A stretch of 63,226 bases of DNA, the filler included, from Octopus bimaculoides (Eukaryota), in the NCBI RefSeq assembly GCF_001194135.2. It is 7 parts of 7 records of this genome, joined end to end, with 100 filler letters (N's around TTAATTAATTAA, not from the genome) between each part and the next. Parts side by side here need not be neighbours in the genome. Positions count along the whole stretch, not along the records: positions 1 to 6,692 come from NC_069010.1; positions 6,793 to 24,037 come from NC_068985.1; 5 more parts are not named here. The stretch is one strand, 5' to 3'. The translations under genes and the position numbers were made by a program. The notes beneath the pieces were generated by a model. It worked only from the letters and a program-made list of their open reading frames with translations. It was not told the origin of the DNA and searched no databases. Below, in pieces: positions 1 to 11,499 of this stretch (its first letter is position 1; every line of letters starts with the position of its first letter).

Positions 1-37
<37 letters not shown>

Positions 38-38
38 T

Positions 39-207
39 ACGACGGGCTTCTTTCAGTTTCCGTCTACCAAATCCACTCACAAGGCTTTGGTCGGCCCGAG
101 GCTATAGTAGAAGACACTTGCCCAAGGTGCCACGCAGTGGGACTGAACCCGGAACCATGTGGTTGGCAAGCAAGCAAGCTACTTACCACACGGCCACTCC
201 TACGCCT
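39..207 (-). mobile_element. SINE family A, 5' half (tRNA-like head)
   Basis: Reverse complement of the head seen in full copies (2498-2907, 50202-50625): GGAGTGGCCGTGTGG A-box-like and GGGTTCAGTCCC B-box-like motifs. Confidence 0.85.
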
Positions 208-577
208 ATGCATGTATACACTTATGTTTGCGCACGTAAGTTAACGCCGCTATATTGGATATTATGTACGTAGTGTTTGTTGCATTGTACGTTTGTGTGG
301 TGTGAATGCTTATAATCTCTTATACCTTCGTCGTTTTAATTCCCCTAGCTCCGTGCCCGTCAGGCACTTTGTTCTGAAACACGTGTATATTGAGTTCTAA
401 ATACCCGGTGCGACCAACTGAGGCACTTAAGTGTTGTTTGTCCACTCTTGGCTCACGTTTTTCTCAGTCTTCAGTTTGTACCATATACATACGAGTTAAA
501 TATGTAATAAAATATTTTGAAAATATTTCCGAATACTCGGTTATCAGTGCGATACGCCTAGGAGGAATAATAAAATA

Positions 578-626
<49 letters not shown>

Positions 627-1084
627 TGTGGGTGCTTCTGATTTCTTGTTATTTTCCTCCTACCTGTTTGAAATCATTACATTGCAGCATCATTTTGTAT
701 TGCTACATCATCTTTACGAGTAAATAATTGGTCAGCATAGTTGTTGTTGTTGCTGAAGTTNNNNNNNNNNNNNNNNNNNNNNNNNNGGGGGGGGGGGGTC
801 CGAAATATAGTCAGGTGACAGGTACTGTTCTTTCAAGAAATTTTTCCTCAACTTTGACCCAATTGTAATTGAGGTTGATAAGAAAATATCTGGATAATTT
901 TCGGTGTTTAGCAATCGATATTCTTTTCTCTGTTGGATTCCAAGTCAATTTTTTCCCCCCTCACTAATGTTTAATTCGATAGTTTTCAAATTTCCAAAAA
1001 TGAGGTCTAAAATGGGGTAAAATGAGTAATGACTAATTTCTCCTCTTTACCTGCATGTAGTGTAAACATATTACGAATAGGATA

Positions 1085-1540
1085 CTCCAGCATGCAATTA
1101 GAGTCAGAAAGTTTGTGAGGAACTCATTGACCCAATTTTCTGACTTTTCCAATGGCACACAGGTGTTGATGAATGGTTGAATGACCAAATCCAAGTTTCT
1201 CTGCTAGTTCCTTAACAGTTACGATGGGATTTTGTTTCACCAGGGTTTGCAGGATGTCTTCGTCATGCTCTACAGATCTTCCAGGATGACTCTCATCTTC
1301 TAGGATGTAGCTTCCAGCTCAGAATTTCTGGAACCACTGTTGACACTGGCTTATGTTTAGTGTCCGATCCCCATGTACTTCATTAATATTCCTTGCACTT
1401 TCCATTGCGTTGTTGCCTTTATTAAACTCATAACGCAAAATATGTCGAATATGCTCCTTTGTCACTTCCATTACAGCTTTGAAAAATAACTGTTAAAATC
1501 GAACTGCACTCTTCAAAACTTGCACTAAGAATAAGTACGA
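1085..1540 (-). mobile_element. Mariner transposase N-terminal fossil
   Basis: Minus strand from ATG 1471: MEVTKEHIRHILRYEFNKGNNAMESARNINEV...QCQQWFQKF*...PGRS...STIHQHLCAIGKVRKLGQ*VPHKL (HTH region and WVPHEL motif, with stops). Confidence 0.9.
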
Positions 1541-1886
1541 GGTAAAATCACTCCTTGCTTTTATAGCAAGTTGATGCAGATAGTTTATCCCATTCCCGTC
1601 TGACTTTTGGTTCATACAATTGAAAAAAACCCACATTATTTATGGGATGACCTGATATATTCGTGTATGTATTCTTTACATCCATATAACTTAGCAGATC
1701 AGCAGGAGAGACCTGTAGAACAAATACCACTCTTTAAAAAAAAAAAATATCTGGAGGTTGATTCATCTGATGGAAAACTCTTCAAGGTAGTGTCCCAGCA
1801 TGAATGAAACAAGTGAAGGGATAAAAAAATATACCCTCCAAAACGAATCTCCAGAAAATTCCATTGAAAAATCATGCTCATCCTCA

Positions 1887-2090
1887 TCATTTAACGTCAG
1901 CTTTCCATGCTGGCATGGGTTGGATGGTTTGGCAGGAGCTGGCCAGACAAAAGAGTGCATCAGGCTTCACTGTTTTTGGTGTGGTTTTTTACAGCTCGAT
2001 GGCCATCCTAACTCCAACCACCCTACAGAGTGGACTCGGTGCTTTTGATGGGGCACCAGCACAGGTGAAGTCAGTTTTGTGGTTAAGAAG
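1887..2090 (-). mobile_element. RTE-LINE 3'UTR-derived repeat with (GAT)n tail
   Basis: Similar to 4017-4247 and to the 3'UTR following the RTE ORF end at 54260-54487. Confidence 0.7.
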
Positions 2091-2165
2091 CTCTCTGTTG
2101 TGCCACTATTTAGATTCGGGTACAAAATCACTCCATGGGACCTTGGGAAAAGCTACAGTATTTTC

Positions 2166-2314
2166 CAGGACTGTGGAGTCAAAACAAGAAAACACCAACT
2201 CCTCTACGATCAGCACCGCGGACTCCAATTCCTCTATGTAATTAAGTGATTGTGGTCTATTTTACTGACTCCAACTCCAGCTACCCTTTAATTGTTTCTG
2301 ACTCCACAGCCCTG
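2166..2314. mobile_element. hAT-type MITE, 149 bp
   Basis: TIRs CAGGACTGTGGAGTC / GACTCCACAGCCCTG (14/15 match); perfect 8-bp TSD GTATTTTC at 2158-2165 and 2315-2322. Confidence 0.85.
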
Positions 2315-2497
2315 GTATTTTCTAATATAGCCCCCCAGCTTGATCAATGCCCTGTGAATGAATCTGAAAAATAGATACTGTGTGAAACCCATTGTTATGT
2401 CTATATGTGTTTGTGTGTGTGTGTGTATGTTTCCCACTACCTCTTAAAAACCAGTATTGGTTTGTTCCTTTCCTGGTGTAAATAGACTGTAAACAGT

Positions 2498-2663
2498 AGG
2501 TGCAGGAGTGGCTGTGTGGTAAGTAGCTTCCTTACCAACCACATGGTTCCGGGTTCAGTCCCACTGCGTGGCACCTTGGGCAAGTGTCTTCTACTATAGC
2601 CTCAGGCCGACCAAAGCCTTGTGAGTGGATTTGGTAGACGGAAACTGAAAGAAGCCTGTCGTA

Positions 2664-2702
<39 letters not shown>

Positions 2703-2907
2703 GTGTGTGTGTTTGTCCCCCTAGCATTGCTTGACAACCAATGCTGGTGTGTTTATGTCCCCGTCACTTAGCGGTTCGGAAAAAGTGACCGATATAATAA
2801 GTACTAGGCTTACAAAGAATAAGTCCCGGGGTCGATTTGCTCGACTAAAGGCGGTGCTCCAGCATGGCCGCAGTCAAATGACTGAAACAAATAAAAGAGT
2901 AAAAGAG
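2498..2907 (+). mobile_element. SINE family A, full length with internal (AT)n/(GT)n microsatellite
   Basis: tRNA-like head, body, tail GGCGGTGCTCCAGCATGGCCGCAGTC...GAAACAA and (GAGTAAAA)n end; many near-identical copies in the window. Confidence 0.9.
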
Positions 2908-3004
2908 TATTTTATTTTACTTTTTCATTACAGTTGTTCATTTTCCATGTTTTATTTGTTCCTAGATTCTGCGAAAAGGCTCTCTCTCTGGTTGTAAATG
3001 ATAA

Positions 3005-3533
3005 ATGGAGAGAGCCATATTGAAACAGACTCTCACACGTGTTTCGCACCCTCACAGCTCTTCTATTGCTACTACTACTACTACTACTATTTCTACTACA
3101 ACTGCTACTAGCACCACTACCTCACCCAGAGATGCTTCACGGACCAGCATTCCTTCCAACAAGTGCAGCATCAAATCTCCTGGCCGTTCTTCAACCAAAA
3201 GAACTGCAGCTGCTACAGCATCAAAGGCAGAGGAGAAGCGTAAGTCAAGGACACCAACAGCAGGGCTCCAAAACACCAAAGGGACACACGGCAACAGGCA
3301 TCAGACCCAACGAACTCACCACAATGTTAATAACCATAGTAATTACAGCAATGAAGACAGAAACAAGGGCTACAATGACAACGATGTTTATTATGATGAT
3401 GTTGGTGATGACAGACAAACTTGGATGGCAACTGCTGGATCCCACGTAGTTGAAACCAACAGCTTTCCACCACATACTTTAGGCAATGGGCTTGCGACAA
3501 ACTACTGTGATCTGCAGAAATCAGCTGTCAATG
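3005..3533 (+). CDS. Putative first coding exon (S/T-rich, low complexity) of a coiled-coil gene
   Basis: Acceptor ttttatttgttcctAG at 2964-2965; ATG 3005 preceded by in-frame TGA TAA; 176 open codons; donor AATG|GTTTGT at 3533/3534 is phase 1 and matches the phase-1 exon at 5794. Confidence 0.5.
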
Positions 3534-3662
3534 GTTTGTTAGTCTTATCATTAATATTTATTTATTTATTCATTTAAGCCTTTATGTTTTTCATTTGGGC
3601 TTTTTTTTTTCATAAGACTGCAGCCATAACAGGGCCCAGTTTTCTGGGGTACGTGTTGATGA

Positions 3663-3760
3663 TATCATCATCATCATCATCATCATCATCATTTAATGTT
3701 TGTCTTACATGCTGGCATGAATTGGATGGTTTGACAGGAGCTGGTGAGTCAGAGGACTGC
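3663..3760 (-). mobile_element. RTE 3'UTR-derived repeat fragment
   Basis: (CAT)n followed by the reverse complement of the family tail. Confidence 0.65.
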
Positions 3761-3785
3761 ACCGAGTTCCCAGCCCCCACTCCTC

Positions 3786-3959
3786 CTAGTATGCAAATCC
3801 AATGGGGGTTTTAAAAGACATGTTAGGATCCACAATGAGCAGAACTTACCTGCAGGTATTGGTAGTACAAATTAGAGGTGCAATCTGTGTGGGTGTTTTT
3901 GCAAAACATTGTCTGGTTTAAAAAGCCACATCAGACGCCATGAAAGGGCTAAGGTGTAG
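3786..3959 (+). pseudogene. Tandem C2H2 zinc-finger fragment, probably the C-terminus of an RTE-type LINE ORF
   Basis: LVCKSNGGFKRHVRIH...N*RCNLCGCFCKTLSGLKSHIRRHERAKV*; second finger is exact C-x2-C-x12-H-x3-H; one premature stop at 3873-3875; no TGEKP linker. Confidence 0.65.
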
Positions 3960-4016
3960 GGGCAGGAGGTGGTCAAACTCTGTGTAAGGAGTAGACAACC
4001 ACCATATGGTGGCACA

Positions 4017-4247
4017 TAAAATACACCATTTTGAGCGTGGCCGTTGCCAGTACAGCCTGACTGGCCTTTGTGCGGGTGGCATGTAAAAACACCCACTACA
4101 CTCTCGGAGTGGTTGGCGTTAGGAAGGGCATCCAGCTGTAGAAACTCTGCCAAATCAGATTGGAGCCTGGTGTCGCCTCCTGGTCCACCAGTCCTCAGTC
4201 AAGTCGTCCAACCCATGCTAGCATGGAAAGCGGACGTTAAACGATGG
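4017..4247 (+). mobile_element. RTE 3'UTR-derived repeat
   Basis: GTGGTTGGCGTTAGGAAGGGCATCCAGCTGTAGAAAC...CCAACCCATGCTAGCATGGAAAGCGGACGTTAAACGATG; homologous to 6480-6692 (-) and 54260-54487 (+). Confidence 0.8.
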
Positions 4248-4744
4248 TGTGTGATATATATATGAGTACATAAGTGTGACTTAGTATGTAGCTTTTAAGC
4301 TACTGACCCTGAATGGGAAGATCTGCAAACAGATCTCTGACTCATTTTGGAGAATTGACTGCAATTGCTTCCTCCAGAGTCATATCCTAATGGTGATCAT
4401 ATTTGGCACAAAGCATCACGTAAAAGAAGCGCCGAAAATAATCTCTGGATTTTGCAGTCAATTTCGATTCTGCTCAAAATTTATTTCCAAGTTATGAAAA
4501 TTGTTATTGTACAAAAAAACTTGTTGCAAAAAATCATCTAAAAACATACAGTAACGAAAACTTAAGAATCCAAAATTTCAGGATTGTGGGTCCAGATTTG
4601 GGGCCCGAAATGTTTTTAATTTACTCATGGAGTTGACCTGATTCCAAAATGGTATGATGTGCTGGGCAACAGCCTCTAGGAGTAAAGATGAAAAAGTGTG
4701 ACACACTGACATTCGCATTTATTATATTAGAAGTCACATGACCT

Positions 4745-4955
4745 GGTGACCTGAGTGCTGTGCTCATGATTGCCAGATTGTGGGTTCGGTTCTTAGACCC
4801 TGCAGTACGTTTTGTTCCTGAGCAAAACACTCCAACTCATGTTGCTCTGCAAGAATAAGTCCTGGGGTCGATTTCTTCAACTAAAAAAACCCTTAAAGGT
4901 GGTGCTCCAGTATGGCCACAGCCGAATGATTGAAACAAGTAAAAGAGTAAAAGAG
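4745..4955 (+). mobile_element. SINE with a different tRNA-like head and a family-A tail
   Basis: GGGTTCGGTTC B-box-like motif, then AAGAATAAGTCCTGGGGTCGAT...GGTGCTCCAG...GAGTAAAAGAG tail shared with family A. Confidence 0.6.
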
Positions 4956-4957
4956 AT

Positions 4958-5590
4958 GCTGGCATGGCTGTGTGGTCAAACGCTTGCTTCCCAACCACAC
5001 AGTTCCAGTTTCAGTCCCACCGTGTGGTACCTTGGGCAAATGTCTTCTATCGCTTGGAACTGACCAAAGCCTTGTCAGTGGATTTGGTAGGCAGAAACTG
5101 AAAGAAGCCGGCGAGCTGGTAGAAACGTTAGTGTGCCGGGCAAAATGCTTAGCGGTATTTCATCTGCCGTTATGTTCTGAGTTCAAATTCCGCCAAGGTC
5201 GACTTTGCCTTTCATCCTTTTGGGGTCGATAAATTTAAGTACCAGTTACGCACTGGTGTCGATGTCATAGACTTAATCCCTTTGTCTGTCCTTGTTTGTC
5301 CCCTCTGTGTTTAGCCCCTTGTGGGCAATAAAAAAATAAGAAACTGTAAGAAGCCCATTGTATATATGTGCGTGTGTGTGTCTGTGTTTGTCTCTCACCA
5401 CTGCTTGTCAAGCAATGTTGGAATGTTTAAATCCCAATAACATAGCAGTTTGGTAAAAGAGACTGATAGAGTAAGTACCAGGCTTTAAAAAAAAGTCCAG
5501 GGGTTGATTCTTCTTTCTAAAATTCTTCAGGCTGTTGCCCCAGCATGGTCTCAGTATAATGATCGAAAACAGTAAAAGACGAAGATAAAA
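4958..5590 (+). mobile_element. Diverged SINE family A interrupted by a family B insertion
   Basis: Family A head 4958-5109 resumes at 5339 after the inserted B copy. Confidence 0.8.
5110..5338 (+). mobile_element. SINE family B (Meta-domain-like core), nested
   Basis: GGCGAGCTGG head; core GTCGACTTTGCCTTTCATCCTTTTGGGGTCGATAAA...AGTACC; 17-bp TSD AGAAACTG(A/T)AAGAAGCC at 5093-5109 and 5339-5355. Confidence 0.85.
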
Positions 5591-5793
5591 CCTGAAACAA
5601 GTATTAAACTTGGGGATTTTTAAAAATTTTATTTTACTGTTTTATTTTTATTTTCATTTTATTCCATTTGCATTTTTATTTTTGTTTTTTATTTATATTT
5701 TTTTTGTATTTTTATTTTTACTTTCTTTGTGTATTTGCTTCTTTTTAAAAAAAATTTTTGTTGTTATATTTTTGTTGCAATTGGCATAAACAG

Positions 5794-6000
5794 GTGAGCC
5801 ATCATACCTTCCGACACGAACTACAGCAGCAGTTACTTCACACGAGGCAGACCAACTGCAATTGGTGCACCGGTTTAAGGAGCTGCGTCGTCAACAGATA
5901 CAGCAGCAAGAGATGCTGATGCAGCAACAGAAACAACAGCTACTGCTCCTCCGACAGGAAATGGAACAACGACAGAAGGTTATGGCCAACCTCCATGCAG
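5794..6000 (+). CDS. Internal coding exon, Gln-rich coiled coil, CENPJ/SAS-4 N-terminal-like
   Basis: Long T-rich tract then CAG| at 5793; donor GCAG|GTAATA at 6000/6001; 207 nt, phase 1-1, no stops: EPSYLPTRTTAAVTSHEADQLQLVHRFKELRRQQIQQQEMLMQQQKQQLLLLRQEMEQRQKVMANLHA. CENPJ resemblance is from memory, not searched. Confidence 0.75.
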
Positions 6001-6479
6001 GTAATAGTGGAGTTATTATTTAGCACAATGACCGGATGGCCACCACTCCTGTTGGACTGGTCTGCCAATACTTTGGTGCCCTACTAGTTCTTTCCTTTGT
6101 TTTTGATCATGGCTGTGTTATCACTGTGGGCTAACCAAGGCCTTGTCAATGAGTTTAGTTGATAAGAATTATAGTAAAGTTGTGTGTGTGTGTGTGTGTA
6201 TACACACACACACACAAGGCCTACTGGTTAGGGTATTTCACTTTTGATTGCATATATATATATTCCACAATGTAACCTCGTGGATATCGGTGGCGATTTT
6301 TTTCTTCCTCCGTTTTTCCCTTCTTTGGACTTTCTTTGTTTCCGACGAAGTGCTCCGCTCGAAACGTCATATTCTCTTCCTTTCTTTTCCCGAGCGTCCA
6401 GTAACACAATCTGTATCATGTCATCACGTTGTTTTTTGTTGTTTTTTTTTGTCTTTTTCCTTTTTTGAACCTATATATA

Positions 6480-6692
6480 TATCATCATCATCATCATCAT
6501 CATCATCGTTTAATGTCCGCTTTCCATGCTAGCATGGGTTGGACGATTTGACTGAGGACTGGTGAAACCGGATGGCAACACCAGGCTCCAATCTAATTTG
6601 GCAGAGTTTCTACAGCTGGATGCCCTTCCTAACACCAACCACTCAGAGAGTGTAGTGGGTGCTTTTACGTGTCACCCGCATGAAAACGGCCA
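6480..6692 (-). mobile_element. RTE 3'UTR-derived repeat
   Basis: Close reverse complement of 4017-4247 with (CAT)n tail. Confidence 0.8.
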
Positions 6693-6736
6693 NNNNNNNN
6701 NNNNNNNNNNNNNNNNNNNNNNNNNNNNNNNNNNNN

Positions 6737-6748
6737 TTAATTAATTAA
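6737..6748. other. Scaffolding linker TTAATTAATTAA within N gaps (also 24082, 26191, 28121, 53821, 56692)
   Basis: Identical all-frame-stop 12-mer always flanked by N runs: an assembly artefact. Confidence 0.95.
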
Positions 6749-6792
6749 NNNNNNNNNNNNNNNNNNNNNNNNNNNNNNNNNNNNNNNNNNNN

Positions 6793-6833
<41 letters not shown>

Positions 6834-7129
6834 GATATATATATTCCGAGAAGTGACATGTTTTCAAGGGAAGTTATATCTGGCCACTTAAAATGAGGAA
6901 CTCACAGATAATTCTGAAAGTGAAAACAATTCTTCATCCACAATCTTTAGTCCGACAAAATACATTGGGAATAGAGTAATGTATATTCCAGCAGTCTCTA
7001 TGCTATGCAACAAATAGTTTACAAACCAACAAAAGAAGTCCTTGCAATCAACCAATTTGCATAGTGTTAATGACAAAGCGTTAATGTAGACTCGTGCTAT
7101 GTGTGCATATGCTCTATCTCACAGCCTTT

Positions 7130-7540
7130 TAAAGAGAAGGACTTTAGTGAGTGGAATGTTCCGCATTGCATGCTTTACGAATTTTGTAAAGAGAACAATG
7201 CAATATATGGGAGGAAAAACATATTTGAGTTTTCGGAAATACCAAAGGTGCTTTAACAAATTTAAAAACGGTGATTTCGATTTTCCTTTTTTTTTTTTTT
7301 TTCTTTGGACTGGTATCGATCAGGAAGATCAACTGTTTTCAATAATGACGCATTGAAAACTACATTTGCAGAGGTTCCACGTCCAAGTATCGAGAACTTA
7401 TCCCAGTGGTTTAATAAACGTTGGTCAGCTGTACAGGATCATCTCAAGCAGATTAGGAAACTGTATAGAGAAGAGAAGTGTGAACATGAACTATCAACAC
7501 AAAGGGAGTCGTCCTGCATAATGATAATGCAAGTAATCCG
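7130..7540 (+). mobile_element. Degenerate mariner transposase N-terminal fragment
   Basis: Frameshifted HCMLYEF...QRCFNKFKNGDFD...RSGRS...AVQDHLKQIRK; same layout as the 1085-1540 fossil. Confidence 0.7.
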
Positions 7541-9451
7541 TCTTTCATTCTTCTTCGTTGCAGAGAATTAATTGGTTCGAAGCAGAAGCAACATGTAATC
7601 ATTGAGTTGACGAAGGATGAATGCAGGGAGGCTGACATCCACAGAAGGCTACAAGGTTATTTCAAATTATTTTGCCAGAAAAATGTCCTCCCTTAGCTAC
7701 CATTATTTTACTCTGTAGATACAGTAGTGTCACTCTATGGTGCTGGAAGGTTACACGCGATCTTCAATCTAATCACACAACAACTAAGTTGTAATTTTTT
7801 AACTGATCCGTGATTATTGTCACCGAAGAATTTTCTTGGAGAATTATGTTAATTATTTGATGGGTTTGTCTGCCAACCATCTCCAATCTCACCACCAACA
7901 GCACCACCACCGTCGTCAAATGACTGGCTGCCTGTTGTTATGAATAACCTTGAAACTTTGTCTGCGTGAGAAATCTGCGATGTTTTGGCAAGGAACGAAG
8001 AAACAATATTTTCAGTTGTAGTTAATAACAGCTTTAGTAAGTTGTGAATAAAGATTAACGTTTATATCAATAAAGACTGACGTTTATATCAATAAACACT
8101 TGCGTTTTAGTCAATGACGACATCTGCAAACCTGCAATATGTCTATTTTTGTAAACAGATCGAACACAGAAACAAACGGTTTCCCTTTGCTATCCCCCAC
8201 AACAAACATCAAGTAAATAAAAGACATGCCAGAAAAAATAGCTAACTTACTAAATCATATTTCTTTTGGTAGAATTAAGCTGATATTATTTGGGAAGTTT
8301 TTACATGGGAAAATGACATTCAACTAAAAGTAGTTTGCTATCTCTTATATGCTATTGTTAATAATACCGAAACATCTCATGTTTCAGTATTATCCAGACT
8401 CTTCAGCCATACATAGTTAAGTCATTACAGCGATCCCTTTTACAAGACTTGATACTAGCCACGGAGGAAATCTTCCCACAGTCGATTGACCAGCTAAAAT
8501 GTGTTGCCAAATCTACGTCAAATCACAGCGTACTGGACACGTCAGATAATGTAATCCTAGTTGCATGATGTATGATTTAAAAGACGGGATTGTCATCGCT
8601 GTAACATTTCAATCAACAGGCACACGATCCGCAATCACCGTTCAGTTATTTTTCGTACATTAGTCTGTATTTACTTTCTATTCACTGTACATTCTCTTCA
8701 CATAGTATGTCCTATTTTTTGTACAAGACACTCGATCTTCTTTTCATCCCCTCTTCAGAATTCCCTCTGGGAGTATGATATGGACCTTGGTTTTCTATAT
8801 TTCCGTATTTTGTCACGGTCTTTGTTGGTGCTAGATTGAGAAGAATCAGACACTGAGATGAATAAAGCACTTCAATGTTGTAGAATCGCTGATAACCGAA
8901 ACGATTGTGGGTGTCGGTTCATCATAACAGTCTTTAATCACTTCGTTATCTACAAATGGATCGTAGTAAATGTGAGGTTGGGGCATTGAAACCTTTGTAA
9001 ATGACATAAGAACAGTAATACAAGTGAGCAGGACACATCTTCGATTGGAAATTCAAGACGAAATCGACCCGGTATTTTAGTTGACGGTTATCTATTTTTC
9101 AAGAGATCGCCTAACGGTGCTGTTGACATCCTTGTGATATTTGTCCGAAATGTTTCAGCTAATATTATGCAATGTTTAGTTTTTCCATTTCTTTTTTTTT
9201 TTTTTTTTTTTTTTTTTTTNNNNNNNNNNNNNNNNNNNNNNNNNNNNNNNNNNNNNNNNNNNNNNNNNNNNNNNNNNNNNNNNNNNNNNNNNNNNNNNNN
9301 NNNNNNNNNNNNNNNNNNNNNNNNNNNNNNNNNNNNNNNNNNNNNNNNNNNNNNNNNNNNNNNNNNNNNNNNNNNNNNNNNNNNNNNNNNNNNNNNNNNN
9401 NNNNNNNNNNNNNNNNNNNNNNNNNNNNNNNNNNNNNNNNNNNNNNNNNNN

Positions 9452-9501
<50 letters not shown>

Positions 9502-10087
9502 GGGTGTGTTTGTGCGCATAATTGTGTCTGTGTGTATAGTGCCTGGAAAGGGAAATAGAGATTGTTGTACGAGAGATAACAGAAAAGTGACTACATATTA
9601 CGTGCCTGTTGTTATAGCTGTTGTTGCTCTTGCTGCCAGATCGTCTTGCTAAGACAAACCTATGATCGGTGTTGCAGTTGTGATCATGTCGTCTTTTAAG
9701 GACTACATTATCCTATATGTCCGACAGGGAGCGATTTGAAGGACATTTGCTTACAATTTTTAACAGCTTTTAACAGTCCACATGGAATCACGTCCCTTTG
9801 CTCAGTAATTTGGTATCACGGGCTCTTCTACATTATCTTATTCAACATGCTTGTATCATTTCGACAAAAAGTACTCGCCTTATATCATTGTGTCGGAATC
9901 ACATACATTGAGTATATGCAGTGGCTTTAACTCCTATTTATTTTGTCTTATAGTACCATGAAACTACTTTCAGAATATTATCTAGTAGGTTGTATTACAG
10001 AAGATTCCGGTTATGTTATTCCATTAAAGTATTTATATATATTGTATATATGTATATATAAATATATAGGTATGTATATGTGTATAC

Positions 10088-10131
<44 letters not shown>

Positions 10132-10388
10132 ATATATGTGTATATATACAAATGTGTGTGCCTAATTATAGATGACTATGGCTAATAAGATACGCAAATA
10201 TACAAATAATTAGTGTGGTCATTGTTGCGTTCGCATGCAGGCTATCTAATATTTTGAACTACTAATGAAGAATTAATGATTAAAACTCCACACTGATTAT
10301 ATAAGTATGTGTGTACGTGTACTATGTGCGTGCGCGCATGTGTGAGTGTGTATGTGAATGTATATGTAAAAATATACTTATATGATAT

Positions 10389-10560
10389 ATCTTCTTCTTA
10401 ATATATAAAATCCGTTCTGTCTGTCTGTTTGTGCGCTTATAACTCGAGTATTGTTCATCCGATCGCGCTGAAATTTTAAATATGGATACATGAGGGAGCG
10501 TTAGTTTCAAAGTGAGAATCGCTATTTTTGTAATCTTTATGTCCTGTTTGTTCCGCCATT
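10389..10560 (+). mobile_element. Possible non-autonomous Helitron-like 5' segment
   Basis: TC...ATATATAAAA start, (CTGT)n, then CCGATCGCGCTGAAATTT, a layout typical of DINE-1/Lep1-like elements; no 3' end found. Confidence 0.4.
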
Positions 10561-11499
10561 AAAACAACCAGTTGCTCAGACAGCCGGCATATACCATTTC
10601 GTTAGCAACAAGGGGTGTACAGGATGATAGTAAGCCAAAACCGTCGCTATGCGGTCTCACTTCTTTCCTCCCTCTCTCTGTAGGGTTAATAATCTTAATC
10701 TTTAGTTACAGCTTCTTATTGAAACTACATAATAGGCAGAATTGTCGGATTAAGACAGTAGGGTGTTTTGAGGGAGATTTGCTGCAATTTCTACCAGGTC
10801 TAGCTACCATGTAGAGGTCTCCCTCATTGGCTTATACATACAAACATACATACATNNNNNNNNNNNNNNNNNNNNNNNNNNNNNNNNNNNNNNNNNNNNN
10901 NNNNNNNNNNNNNNNNNNNNNNNNNNNNNNNNNNNNNNNNNNNNNNNNNNNNNNNNNNNNNNNNNNNNNNNNNNNNNNNNNNNNNNNNNNNNNNNNNNNN
11001 NNNNNNNNNNNNNNNNNNNNNNNNNNNNNNNNNNNNNNNNNNNNNNNNNNNNNNNNNNNNNNNNNNNNNNNNNNNNNNNNNNNNNNNNNNNNNNNNNNNN
11101 NNNNNNNNNNNNNNNNNNNNNNNNNNNNNNNNNNNNNNNNNNNNNNNNNNNNNNNNNNNNNNNNNNNNNNNNNNNNNNNNNNNNNNNNNNNNNNNNNNNN
11201 NNNNNNNNNNNNNNNNNNNNNNNNNNNNNNNNNNNNNNNNNNNNNNNNNNNNNNNNNNNNNNNNNNNNNNNNNNNNNNNNNNNNNNNNNNNNNNNNNNNN
11301 NNNNNNNNNNNNNNNNNNNNNNNNNNNNNNNNNNNNNNNNNNNNNNNNNNNNNNNNNNNNNNNNNNNNNNNNNNNNNNNNNNNNNNNNNNNNNNNNNNNN
11401 NNNNTTACGGATACAACTGCTTACAAAAATAGCGATTAATGTATAATTTCTTTCTATGTTCATAATTTTTTGCTTACAATATTGGGAAAAATATGCCAC

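Noticed and set aside
350-392. GAAACACGTGTA palindromic helix-III-like motif with an upstream GTGCC/GGCAC stem
   Set aside because: No CUGANGA core and no helix I
8365-8410. Minus-strand CTGAAGA...GAAACAT-GAG-ATGTT
   Set aside because: Helix I does not pair and helix II lacks a proper closing pair
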